From an uncultured cyanobacterium (GTDB lineage: Bacteria > Cyanobacteriota > Cyanobacteriia > Leptolyngbyales > Leptolyngbyaceae): a stretch of DNA of 11,778 bases. Below, in pieces: positions 1 to 9,058 of this stretch (position 1 is the stretch's first letter; each line of letters opens with the position of its first letter). The notes below the pieces were generated by a model, which was not told the DNA's origin, did no database searches, and saw only the letters and a program-made list of their open reading frames with translations. The position numbers were made by a program, and so were the translations under genes. The DNA lies in NCBI GenBank assembly GCA_963766075.1, contig CAVYAN010000080.1, forward strand, positions 1 through 11,778, in the 5' to 3' direction.

Positions 1-365
1 CTTTCATTGAATTTGACCTCCTGCCCTTTTTCCCGCTTCCATTTTTCTTGAAAGAGGGGAATAATCTTAGAGAAGGCATCTTTGGTGACGGCGTAGGAAA
101 CCAGAGTCAGTTCAACGGTTTTTTTCTGGCTTACTAATTGCTGCTTGGGCAGGGTCGGGCGTTCTTGCTGCTCTTGCAGGGATGGTCCAACTGCTGCAGA
201 GACAGGAACCACTGCACTTAACCCAAACCCAACGGCAACCATCAAGACACGGCTACGAGTTGAGGCTTGTCGGAAGGGCTGCAGGACACGATCCAGAAGA
301 GCCGCAGTGACTGGCTGCTTTGCTTTGGGAGACGACCGATGCGAAGGCAGGGAATACTTGTTCAT
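1..365 (-). CDS. sbpA: Sulfate ABC transporter substrate-binding protein, N-terminal part (runs off the left edge)
   Basis: Manual translation from ATG at 365 is open to base 1: MNKYSLPSHR...VLMVAVGFGLSAVVPVSAAVG...KKTVELTLVSYAVTKDAFSKIIPLFQEKWKREKGQEVKFNE(S). VELTLVSYAVT..KIIPLF..W...Q.V.F is the typical start of mature cyanobacterial SbpA, preceded by a hydrophobic signal segment. Exact start codon uncertain. Confidence 0.9.
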   Translation of the reverse strand, partial: MNKYSLPSHRSSPKAKQPVTAALLDRVLQPFRQASTRSRVLMVAVGFGLSAVVPVSAAVGPSLQEQQERPTLPKQQLVSQKKTVELTLVSYAVTKDAFSKIIPLFQEKWKREKGQEVKFNE

Positions 366-380
366 AAAGAGAGAAACCTG

Positions 381-407
381 TAATCTACGGTAAACAGATA
401 GGGATTT
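381..407 (-). promoter_or_regulatory. Putative sulfur-regulon operator, copy A (AAATCCCTATCTGTTTACCGTAGATTA)
   Basis: Ends about 15 nt upstream of the sbpA ATG; shares CTATCnGnTTACCGTAG with the copy upstream of cysK. Confidence 0.7.
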
Positions 408-827
408 AGATGTTTCATCGATTAGAACTATCACATAGTCATCGCAGCAACGCAATAGGCTGAGTTGAAAATTTTTACGCTTACCGATAGGCTTCGAGCA
501 CGGTGACGGTTCCCTCCAACATCGCTAAATTAGCCCTACACCAAACCATCTAGATGTAGTACATGGGGTGCTCTTGCTTTGTGGCATCCTGCTGCTGACA
601 TAGATCCTGTAGGCCAAATACCCCATTTGGGTGAACAGGGCTTGTAGAGTATCCATAAATGCAACCTATCGGTGTTCGACGTTATCGCTGCACCCTACAA
701 ACAGGAATCGCTTTTTGTGTCTATAGGCTTATTTTTTCTCACAACGATCTGTCCGGACTATTGAAATAATGCAGGTCAACAACTGTCCGAATGCCTAGTG
801 GCGTTAGAGCCACCAACTGGCATCCTG

Positions 828-854
828 TAAACCACAGTTAATCGGTAAAGATTT
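828..854 (-). promoter_or_regulatory. Putative operator, copy C (AAATCTTTACCGATTAACTGTGGTTTA)
   Basis: 828-855 matches 381-408 at 19 of 28 positions without gaps, by manual alignment. Confidence 0.5.
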
Positions 855-1016
855 AGTAGTTTAAGTGGTTATTATCTTTGCACATCCATTTTTAAAGCAC
901 AAGATGTGGCCAAGACGGAGTTTTAATTTGGAATTCATGAGGACTGTCTAAATTTTGTATCCGTTGTTGCTTGCTTCGTACTGCGAGCTGTGACATAGTT
1001 TTAATAGTTAAATACT

Positions 1017-1043
1017 ATAATCCGACCGACATACAGTAGATTA
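1017..1043 (+). promoter_or_regulatory. Putative operator, copy E (ATAATCCGACCGACATACAGTAGATTA)
   Basis: Aligns ungapped with the other copies and ends in GTAGATTA like copies A and D; about 185 nt upstream of the orphan ORF at 1228. Confidence 0.6.
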
Positions 1044-1227
1044 ATGCAAGTTGAGCTATTCATAGATCTTCAGTCTTTTCTAAAGGTTTACAGATAAAGG
1101 GTTACAAAAGCTGCTGGTCACGGTTTTTTGTAGCTCAGCATCTTTCGAGCAGGCTTGCAATTCCGTCATTCTGCGGGCGGGTTCATGCAAGTCATGGGTT
1201 GATTTGCTGTCATGGAGAATTTATCGC

Positions 1228-1578
1228 ATGGAAAACCCGAGGCATGAAAAAGAGTTGATTGTGGACTTGATCCTGACTCGCAATTTAATTGACTGCGTGG
1301 CAAAGCCGGGATGGGATGTACTGGATTCCTGTAGTGTCAGCTTACTCCGGTTTCCAATCAGGAATGCACTGCTGATTACTTGCTACAGTGATGAATTTAT
1401 TCCTCCGGAGTTGCATAGCCGAATCATTGAAATTGCCAAGTTTGTCCACCACCACCATGGACGAACACATATTTGCTTACGTCATCATCAGAAGGAGATG
1501 ATCATGCGCTGGGATAGCGAGTTGCTTCTGCGATCGCACAAAGCCAGCCATTTTAGTCCTGTTGATGAATTGCTTTAA
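1228..1578 (+). CDS. Hypothetical His/Cys-rich protein, 116 aa
   Basis: ATG at 1228 with GGAG at 1214-1217, operator-like box upstream and a terminator-like hairpin downstream. No family recognised. Confidence 0.6.
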   Translation: MENPRHEKELIVDLILTRNLIDCVAKPGWDVLDSCSVSLLRFPIRNALLITCYSDEFIPPELHSRIIEIAKFVHHHHGRTHICLRHHQKEMIMRWDSELLLRSHKASHFSPVDELL

Positions 1579-1647
1579 GAGCATTTCTTTAAGAGGATTT
1601 ATAGTGTTGTCGAGTTTCATGCCGTCGGTTACTCCTCTAGCCGTCAG

Positions 1648-1688
1648 TAGCAGATGGGTCTTAATCTCTCTTTCCCATCTGCTATTTT
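1648..1688 (+). terminator. Putative intrinsic terminator after the orphan ORF
   Basis: Perfect 11-bp inverted repeat TAGCAGATGGG (1648-1658) / CCCATCTGCTA (1674-1684) followed by TTTT; the 15-nt loop is larger than usual. Confidence 0.55.
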
Positions 1689-2054
1689 CCTCTTCTTTCG
1701 TGGCGGTAGGGTTGCTCGCTTTAAATCCTGAGTCTCTTGATCAATAAAGCTATGGCCTGCGATTTCATTCCCCATGCATTCTTAGGAGTTTTGCCCTCGC
1801 GGGCTCAAACGGGGATGCCCCATCGGCTAACCCTGCCGGGATATTCAGGGTTGCCGGATGAGCAGTTCTGGGATTGTTGGGAGATTGAACACCATCGCTG
1901 CCATCGATTTACCTATGAACGGAGTCACAGTGATTGGCGCAGGAATTCTGTCAATCACTTCCTGGGACTGGGTTAGGGCGTTTGGGCCATGACTGGGCGA
2001 TCGCTCAGGTGCAGATTAACCCACACCTTTTTTCTTAATTTCACATTAAACCCT

Positions 2055-2081
2055 TAAACTCTATCGGCTTACCGTAGTATA
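2055..2081 (+). promoter_or_regulatory. Putative operator, copy B (TAAACTCTATCGGCTTACCGTAGTATA)
   Basis: About 80 nt upstream of the cysK ATG; core nearly identical to copy A. Confidence 0.7.
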
Positions 2082-2163
2082 TTGGGTAGATGCCTATGGA
2101 GCCTCACGTTTAATGGGTGGCTTCCGGCTATCGATTACCCCTTCCCCTGTACGGAGTAGAGCT

Positions 2164-3153
2164 ATGCGCGTTGCAAATAATATCACCGAATTAATTGGCA
2201 AAACCCCCTTGGTGCGGCTCAATCGCATTCCTCAGGCGGAGGGGTGTGTGGCTGAAGTGGTCGCCAAGTTAGAAGGATTCAATCCAGCCGCCTCGGTTAA
2301 AGACCGGATTGGTATTAGTATGGTGCAGGATGCCGAAGCCAAGGGCTTGATTCAGCCGGGTCAAACAATTTTGGTCGAGCCAACCTCGGGGAATACCGGA
2401 ATTGCACTGGCGATGGTGGCTGCCGCCAAAGGGTACCAGTTGATTTTGACCATGCCGGATACCATGAGTCTGGAGCGGCGGGCGATGCTGAAAGCCTATG
2501 GGGCACGGCTTGAACTCACTCCGGGTTCCCAGGGAATGAAGGGGGCTGTCGCCCGAGCTGAAGAGATTACCCGTAAACTGCCCAATGCGTTTTTGCTGCA
2601 ACAGTTTAACAATCCCGCCAACCCGAAAATTCACCGGGAAACCACGGCGGAAGAACTGTGGGCTGACACCGATGGCAAAATTGATATTCTGATTTCGGGG
2701 GTGGGCACGGGCGGTACGATCACGGGGATTGCAGAAGTGCTGAAACAACGCAAACCTGAGTTTCAGGCGATCGCGGTTGAACCTGAAGAAAGTCCCGTGC
2801 TTTCAGGTGGATCCACGGGAGCCCACAAAATCCAAGGCATTGGTGCAGGGTTTATTCCCCAGGTATTGAAGTTGGACTTGGTGGATGAGGTGATTCAAGT
2901 CAATAGTGAAACGGCGATCGCCTATAGTCGCCGTTTGGCCCGCGAAGAAGGGCTGTTGTCGGGAATTTCGTCCGGTGCGGCTTTAGCGGCTGCCATCCAA
3001 GTTGCCAAACGAATTGAAAATTTCGGCAAGTTGGTGGTCTTTATCCAACCCAGTTACGGGGAACGCTACCTCAGCACCGCCCTATTCAAAGATCTGATTG
3101 AGGTGGATGTACCGTCCTATAGTGAGCCAGACCGGGAATTATCTCTCCATTAA
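2164..3153 (+). CDS. cysK: Cysteine synthase A (O-acetylserine sulfhydrylase), 329 aa
   Basis: [17 protein letters not shown] start, PLP-lysine motif [24 protein letters not shown] and [10 protein letters not shown]. Start placed at ATG 2164 (GGAG at 2153-2156) rather than 2113. Confidence 0.97.
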   Translation: MRVANNITELIGKTPLVRLNRIPQAEGCVAEVVAKLEGFNPAASVKDRIGISMVQDAEAKGLIQPGQTILVEPTSGNTGIALAMVAAAKGYQLILTMPDTMSLERRAMLKAYGARLELTPGSQGMKGAVARAEEITRKLPNAFLLQQFNNPANPKIHRETTAEELWADTDGKIDILISGVGTGGTITGIAEVLKQRKPEFQAIAVEPEESPVLSGGSTGAHKIQGIGAGFIPQVLKLDLVDEVIQVNSETAIAYSRRLAREEGLLSGISSGAALAAAIQVAKRIENFGKLVVFIQPSYGERYLSTALFKDLIEVDVPSYSEPDRELSLH

Positions 3154-3308
3154 CTCGGCCATTCGTAGAATAGATGATTCGTAGGAATTGGTCATTCGCG
3201 GTGCCCACCGCAGCCACAAATCGAAGTTCTTGCAACAATCAATGCGTAGAACTCTAATTATTGAATTTAGAATTTCGATTTCTCGGCGACTACAAAACTC
3301 TCAGAGCT

Positions 3309-3337
3309 AAACCAGGGGCGATCGCTCCTGGTTTTTT
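3309..3337 (+). terminator. Intrinsic terminator between convergent cysK and the hydrolase gene
   Basis: AAACCAGGGGCGATCGCTCCTGGTTT is a near-perfect palindrome centred on a HIP1 site and runs into T6 on the + strand; may act in both directions. Confidence 0.75.
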
Positions 3338-3348
3338 CTATGTTTTTT

Positions 3349-5702
3349 CTAGCTAATAAACAGGGGACTAGTCCACGCTTTGGCATCATCGACCTGGCGT
3401 CCCCAAAGATACACAGGAAGAAACCCATGGGGACTGGCCTGGGGGGCGATCGTAAAACTGCCCGTTACGTCGCGCGGTAAGGGTTGGTCACTGAGGCGTT
3501 CCACCGCTACAAACAAACCCGCTCCACCTAAATCCCGCCGCAGAATGCCCTGCGTCAAAATCTCCGCGCCGGTAAATTCCCACGTCACTTCGGGACAATG
3601 GATATAGGGACTGCGCTGAAGGGGACTGCCGGTTTTGTTAAAGCCATCCAGTTGGAGCTGTAATCGGAAATGGGCGTGATGGAGATCGGATATATCCAAC
3701 TCAATCGCATCGCTATCGCCATAGGTTTCAGACCGGAACTCCAGGTGTAGCGGCCCCGATCTCCGCACATATTCCTCGGCATGTTCCAGTCCATACACTT
3801 GGTACCGCTGGACTTGGGTGTTGCGAAACTCCAAACAACCACGCCAGGACGCCCAGCGGTAGCGATCGGGAATCCGAGCGCCCCCCAGCGTAGTCGAATG
3901 CGGTGGGGTGAAAATCCTGCCTCTGCTTGCAAATTGCGATGCCAGAGCATCCCCTGATCGGTGAATGCGGCAATCTCATCCCAACCGGCTGTGCCTAACA
4001 AGCGGTAGTGCACGTCAATCGGGGCTGGAGCGGTGAATTCATCGCCCTGGATATGCGCACCGGACCACAGTAAGGCGACGAGGCGATCGCCCGTGGTGGC
4101 CCAGGTATGCCGAGATCGCAGGGCATGATTGATCGCGGCCTTGGTTAAGGTCGGGGCGAGAATTCCGGTTACACCACCGTTGACCCCAAATACCGCTGTG
4201 CCGGGAACACCGCCACCACACCGCCCTTGATGCTCATCGCCATTGGCACAGACACCGACTTTGTATCCCCGCCGAATCGCATCCTGATAAAACCAGTCAA
4301 ACTGGCCCCAAGCAGATCCCACCTCAATCAACCGTTCTAATTGGGGATGGTGCCAGTCTAAAATTGCCCGCCGTCCCCCCACATGGGGAATCAGCAAATG
4401 GTTTTCGGGGGCATGACTGTAGGCCGCATAGAGCTGACTGACCGGATAGGCTCCCGGTACCAGTGCTTGCCCTCCCATAGCGTCATTCCATTCAAACGAT
4501 CGCACCACATTACCGGCACGATCGTAGGGAAACAGCACCTCATCCTCTAGGAAAATAACGTTGCGATCGCCACCTGCCGCCGAATTGCCGCACCACTCAG
4601 TACCTGGATAGCAGAGAAACTCGCCCTCGCGGGTGATGGCTCGACAATGCTGGACATCCGCCTCCCAGTCTGCCTGGGTAATATTGAAATCATTGGCGGT
4701 ATATCCCAAAACATCCAACCCTGCCACATCCCGACCATAGGCAAAATTATATTCGGTGCTATTGGTACCCACGGTGCTATTGGAATGCACGTGTAGATCC
4801 GCAAAAAATGCCCGAGGATAGTTAAAATCGCGATCGATCGTGAGGAATAGAGGATTACTGTGGAGCGCTGTTCCCGTGAGAAACGCTTGCAGCATAACCT
4901 CTCCAGGATATTCTGTGGGCACCTCTAATTTTGCTACCGCCCAGCCTTGGTCGGGCAGCACCAACGCCATCTCAATGTGTTCCGCTTCTGTTTGGGCGAT
5001 CTTCAACTGCACAGTACCACCCAAATTCCAACAGGTGTTCCCCCAGCGGTCTTCAATCCGCACGCGCAGGGGAAAAGATTCCCCTGCCCTTACTAAACGC
5101 GGTGTAATGACAGCAACTCTGGCTGGGGCACCGGGCACGACATCCAACACCACATCATCCGGAATCGCAGCAAACCGTGAGGTGCCGACGGGATCGATAT
5201 AGGCCCGAAATCGAAACCCCTGTTCGACAAAGGTCTGAACGCGGGTGCCTGGGCTACCTGCCCGGCGATCGCCCAAGCGAATCACAATCCGATCACCGGG
5301 CTTTAAATATCCATCGACAATATCGACCATGATGGCTTTTTGGAAGGGCCGCTCATGCCCTTTCTGATCAAAGCGAACCTTGAGGTCCTGCACCGTTGCT
5401 GGACTTTCTCCCGGCAAGGTGGGGCGCGCCTGATATTCTGCCGAAACATAGTTCGCGGCCTGTGGATCTTCCGTTTGAAACAACGCCCAGTCGGAATAAA
5501 ACTTAAACGTGACTTTGATCCAGGCCCCATCGGCCAAACCCGCAGATCCAACCTCATAGTCCAGCCGAATTTCTTGCCAACTCCCCGCCTCAACGACCTG
5601 TGTGGAACTGTGCAAGCGACCGAGAAACGGCAGATCGCGGACATAGTCGAGATAAAACTGAGGATGAACATAATCGACAGAGGTGTGAGAATCGTGAGCC
5701 AT
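3349..5702 (-). CDS. DUF3604-like / PHP-type metallohydrolase, about 784 aa, interrupted by a single-base frameshift at 3881-3886
   Basis: Motifs FFADLHVHS, GTEW, IPHVGG, EVGSAWG and ANGDEH resemble PHP-fold metal ligands. Track ORFs 3585..5705 and 3349..3834 join into one frame (RIRLRWGGARIPDRYRWASWRGCLEFRN) if one G is added to the G6 run. ATG at 5702. No signal peptide evident. Confidence 0.75.
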
Positions 5703-5775
5703 CAAATTACAAAGAGATAGAAATCAATGGTTAAAGAACATGGGTCATGATAATTGAGCTGAGAATTCTGAACAG

Positions 5776-6642
5776 CTAAAGTGGCGTAATGCTGGCAATT
5801 TTGCCACCTTGTCGCTGCACCCGTTGCAAATGGCTGGACAGTTCTTCGTAGGAAATGATCGCGGCCTGATTCACCCGTCGCACCCGAGGATAGCCCAGCC
5901 GAGATATTCCCGTTGTTTCCACACGATAGAGTTGTCGGGCACCGTAGGCTTTGGAACCCCCAAACGTGCTGCTGGGCGTGTCGCCTCGCAGGGAGGGACG
6001 GTAGGCAAACCCATTCCCAAACCCAGCCGGTGCAATCACTGTGGAGGCACTATTGCGACCCAGTTCACCCGCCAACCGCGAAGATGTCCCGGCAATCTGG
6101 GTGCGATCGCTGTTGGCATATCCCCGGTAAAGCTGAAAAATGCGCGTAAATCCAACGGTTTTTTGTCCAGTTTGAGTTGCAAATCCCCGATAGTAGGGGA
6201 CGATATTATCGCCAAAACTGCGCTGATACTCGATCGAGTCAATATAGGAATCGATGTCGGCATCATACCCACGATTCTGATATTGATCCAAATGCTCAAT
6301 GACCTCAGACTCATCGTAGGGAGCACGGCCCAATAGATGTTTATAATTTAACTCAATGGTACGAGTCTGAAAGCTGTTGTAGAAGAATTTGCGTTTGTAC
6401 AGCTCTGATTTGGCTAGTTGCCGGACAAACTCTTGCACTGTAATTGCACCACTCGCCAATAAAGACTCTGCGGCGGTTAGCCGCTCCGCTTGTAACAGAT
6501 AGTCGTTGCCAAGAATCTGACGGTAAATCGCAGCAATGACCTGCGCAATATCGGCTGAGCTGGCATTGTCGCGCAACTCAACGGGGGCTGCATCACTAAA
6601 AGCAGACGTACCCAGTCGAGAAGCTGCGGTCGTAATAGCCAT
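5776..6642 (-). CDS. cpcC: Phycocyanin-associated rod linker (CpcC1/CpcI type), 288 aa, no internal Met or Cys
   Basis: [11 protein letters not shown] start, PBS linker domain ([31 protein letters not shown]), C-terminal CpcD-like domain ([11 protein letters not shown]); GGAG RBS at 6651-6654. Confidence 0.95.
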   Translation of the reverse strand: MAITTAASRLGTSAFSDAAPVELRDNASSADIAQVIAAIYRQILGNDYLLQAERLTAAESLLASGAITVQEFVRQLAKSELYKRKFFYNSFQTRTIELNYKHLLGRAPYDESEVIEHLDQYQNRGYDADIDSYIDSIEYQRSFGDNIVPYYRGFATQTGQKTVGFTRIFQLYRGYANSDRTQIAGTSSRLAGELGRNSASTVIAPAGFGNGFAYRPSLRGDTPSSTFGGSKAYGARQLYRVETTGISRLGYPRVRRVNQAAIISYEELSSHLQRVQRQGGKIASITPL

Positions 6643-6668
6643 GAAAAGATCTCCGTAATGACTTGTAA

Positions 6669-6716
6669 TAATGTGAGTTGAAGCTAATGTGACTTGGAGC
6701 TAATGTGACTTAAAGC
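6669..6716. repeat. Three tandem 16-nt repeats TAATGTGA(G/C)TTRRAGC
   Basis: Units 6669-6684, 6685-6700 and 6701-6716, plus a partial unit at 6656-6668. Confidence 0.85.
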
Positions 6717-6784
6717 ATGAAGTGGATAAGCGATCGCCATTAGCAGGCTGTGGAATTCAGGTATACCCCGATGAATACAGCCAC

Positions 6785-7600
6785 TCAGGACAGCGTGATG
6801 CCAATGATGTTGCGCCCCTGACGATTGAGCTGCTGCAATCGACTAGAAAGTTGCTCAAAGGGCACAACCACCTCGGCAATGCTCTGGCGCGTCGTTGGCG
6901 CATCGGGAGTCGCAAATTGCGTAAACCGAATCCGATAGGTATTGCGGCTACGCCGTCCGGTTGCAGTTCCAGTCAGGGCACCCGTTGCGGGTGGCTGAAT
7001 CGGCGATGCCAGGTTTTTGGCTAAATTCCAGGTTAGCTGCCCTCGGGATTTGTTTTGGGCGCGATCGCTATTGGCATACCCCCGGTAGAGCTGAAATAAA
7101 TGGGTAAATCCCACGGTGCGCTGGCCAATCGTGGTTTTAAAGTCCCGATAATAGGGCACGATACTGTCACCAAAGTGCTGTTGATATTCCGCCGAGTCAA
7201 TATAAGAATCAATATCGGCCTCAAACCCCTTCGTATGATAGAGATCAGCGTGATAGGCGATTTCTAATTCATCATAGGGCGCACGTCCCAATAAATGTTT
7301 ATAGTTCAGCTCAATGAACCGGATTTGTGAATTGGATTGAAAAAACTTTTTCTGGTATAGCTCTGACTGGGCGATCGCCCGGACAAAGTCACGAACACTA
7401 ATTTGTCCCTGACGCAGTAGTGATTCCGCACTGCTCAATCGTTCACTCTGCATCACATAGTCATTGCCAAGCACCTGACGATAGGCGGCCCAGATCACCG
7501 CTTGGACCTCATCGTCCGCATGCACGGAGCGCAGTTCAACCCTTGCGGCACCCGAAAACGGGCGAATTCCCAATCGACTGGCTTCTTCAAGTGTTGCCAT
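6785..7600 (-). CDS. cpcC: Phycocyanin-associated rod linker (CpcC2/CpcH type), 271 aa
   Basis: [15 protein letters not shown] start at ATG 7600 with AGGAG just upstream (track start at 7681 is too long); linker domain and CpcD-like C-terminus; one internal Met (50), no Cys. Confidence 0.95.
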   Translation of the reverse strand: MATLEEASRLGIRPFSGAARVELRSVHADDEVQAVIWAAYRQVLGNDYVMQSERLSSAESLLRQGQISVRDFVRAIAQSELYQKKFFQSNSQIRFIELNYKHLLGRAPYDELEIAYHADLYHTKGFEADIDSYIDSAEYQQHFGDSIVPYYRDFKTTIGQRTVGFTHLFQLYRGYANSDRAQNKSRGQLTWNLAKNLASPIQPPATGALTGTATGRRSRNTYRIRFTQFATPDAPTTRQSIAEVVVPFEQLSSRLQQLNRQGRNIIGITLS

Positions 7601-7644
7601 TGTGATATCTCCTATCCAAGATTCTACTGAATTCAGGAAAACCA

Positions 7645-7738
7645 ATTGTGTAGTCAGTAGCAGCCGATCCGTCGCTTTCACAACCCGCAGTTCTGCGGAC
7701 TATGAAAGGACTTCACTGTTCCCAACTGACTACACAAT
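7645..7738 (-). other. Large RNA stem-loop between cpcA and the first linker gene
   Basis: Perfect 14-bp outer stem ATTGTGTAGTCAGT/ACTGACTACACAAT enclosing nested CTTTCA/TGAAAG and CCGCAG/CTGCGG stems. Confidence 0.8.
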
Positions 7739-7780
7739 GGCTAGACGCATTTGCAAATTTTCAGCGATGGAACCCCGTGA

Positions 7781-8272
7781 TTAGCTCAGGGCATTAATCA
7801 CATAGTCAATGTAGGAATTGGCCTCAACTGCCGGATCACCCGACAAGCCATGATTCGCCTTGATGTACTTCAGGGCTTCAATGTACCAACTGGGAGACAG
7901 TTCAAAGGAACGATTGATTTCCGACAATCCCCCCACCAGATAGTCATCAATCGGGCCTGTTCCTCCCACAATCAATGCGTAGGTGATGATCCGCAAGTAG
8001 TAGCCAATATCACGCACACATTTTGCCTTGCCCCGAGCATCATAGGCATAGTTAGGCCCCTGAAGCTGAGTCGTGTATGGAAATTTTTGATACACTGCAT
8101 TCGCTGCACTGTCGGCCAAGCTCTGTGCCTTAGTAGTCAATGCTTTGACGGCTTCCAGCGAGCTGGCTGCTTGACGGAATCGGCCAAAGGCCACTTGATA
8201 CTCGGTGCTGCTCAAAAAGCGACCTTGCGAATCGGCAGCGGCAACAGCTTCGGTTAAGGGTGTCTTACTCAT
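7781..8272 (-). CDS. cpcA: Phycocyanin alpha subunit, sulfur-poor (cpcA3-like), 163 aa
   Basis: [27 protein letters not shown], chromophore site [11 protein letters not shown] (Cys85, canonical alpha-84), [12 protein letters not shown]. Confidence 0.98.
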   Translation of the reverse strand: MSKTPLTEAVAAADSQGRFLSSTEYQVAFGRFRQAASSLEAVKALTTKAQSLADSAANAVYQKFPYTTQLQGPNYAYDARGKAKCVRDIGYYLRIITYALIVGGTGPIDDYLVGGLSEINRSFELSPSWYIEALKYIKANHGLSGDPAVEANSYIDYVINALS

Positions 8273-8343
8273 GAGTGTAATGTCTCCTAAAATCAGGGTT
8301 TACAACGTTTTGTGGGTTGATGCGTGAACGCGAAAGCAGTGGG

Positions 8344-8865
8344 TTAGCCCACAGCCGCCGCCGCTCGGTCAAAGTAGGTCGCGACTTCTGCCAGCAGGGC
8401 ACTGCAATCGCCTCTGGTGATGTTGTTAGTGTCACTCGCGAGGGCAAGAGAAGCTTCCTTCAGTTTCTGAATCCCAGCGGCCACAGAAGCTCCTGGAGTG
8501 CCCAGGGCCAAATACGTTTCACGCAAACCATTGAGGGCGCGGTCGTCCAGTACACTGGCATCCCCAGCAAAAATGGCGTAGGTAACATAGCGCAAAATGA
8601 TTTCCAGATCACGCAAGCAGGCAGCGGCACGGCGGTTAGTATACGCATTGCCACCAGGAGCAATCAATTGAGGCTGCTCAGCAAACAGCGCACGGGCAGC
8701 ATCGGTCACAATCGTCGAAGCATTGCTGCTAATCCGATTCACAATATCGATGCGCTTATTGCCGTCTTTGACAAGGGCAATCAGTGCGTCTACCTGAGCA
8801 TCGTTCAGATAGTCTCCCCGCGCATCGGCTTGAGAGACGACCTTAGCAAAAGCATCTAATACCAT
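8344..8865 (-). CDS. cpcB: Phycocyanin beta subunit, sulfur-poor (cpcB3-like), 173 aa
   Basis: [26 protein letters not shown] (Cys83) and GDCS (Cys154), equivalent to canonical beta-82 and beta-153; AGGAG RBS upstream. Confidence 0.98.
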   Translation of the reverse strand: MVLDAFAKVVSQADARGDYLNDAQVDALIALVKDGNKRIDIVNRISSNASTIVTDAARALFAEQPQLIAPGGNAYTNRRAAACLRDLEIILRYVTYAIFAGDASVLDDRALNGLRETYLALGTPGASVAAGIQKLKEASLALASDTNNITRGDCSALLAEVATYFDRAAAAVG

Positions 8866-9034
8866 AGTTTCAATCTCCTGAATATTGATTTAACTGAGAA
8901 TAGTTCGTGGTTTAAAACCGAACAAAAGGATCAATTTTTCACCTCTTTTCAAACCAGTAAACACAGCCAGAAATTAAAACCAAGCCTGGAAAACACGAAA
9001 TCCTGACCTAGATTAAAATCAATACTTTTTCAAA

Positions 9035-9058
9035 GAGTAATTACGCGAGCAATTACTC
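9035..9058 (-). promoter_or_regulatory. Hairpin in the probable cpcB 5' leader
   Basis: On the mRNA strand GAGUAAUUGC-UCGC-GUAAUUACUC forms a 10-bp stem with one G-U pair, 170 nt upstream of the cpcB start. Confidence 0.5.

Noticed and set aside
145..393. 82-aa + strand ORF
   Set aside because: Antisense to sbpA, which has clear family motifs on the - strand.
1562..1976. ORFs 1562..1747 and 1737..1976
   Set aside because: No RBS or recognisable motifs, and the first spans the terminator hairpin; unsupported though not disproved.
2113..2163. Longer cysK start at 2113
   Set aside because: Family similarity and the RBS point to ATG 2164.
3218..3281. Imperfect inverted repeat AAATCGAAGTTCT / AGAATTTCGATTT after cysK
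   Set aside because: AT-rich with a large loop; the 3309-3337 hairpin is the better terminator and there is no sign of a mobile element.
3585..3880. C-terminal tail of the 706-aa track ORF, and 3349..3834 as a separate gene
   Set aside because: Both are explained by one frameshift at 3881-3886.
7601..7681. 27-aa N-terminal extension of the linker
   Set aside because: Overlaps the stem-loop; RBS and the family N-terminus fit ATG 7600.
2269..8859. Many antisense or alternate-frame ORFs within cysK, the hydrolase and the cpc genes
   Set aside because: Shadows of well-supported genes with no independent coding signals.
7781..8865. Phycoerythrocyanin, phycoerythrin or far-red phycobiliprotein identity
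   Set aside because: Sequences, lengths and Cys pattern match C-phycocyanin; no pec/cpe lyase or apc-type genes are present.
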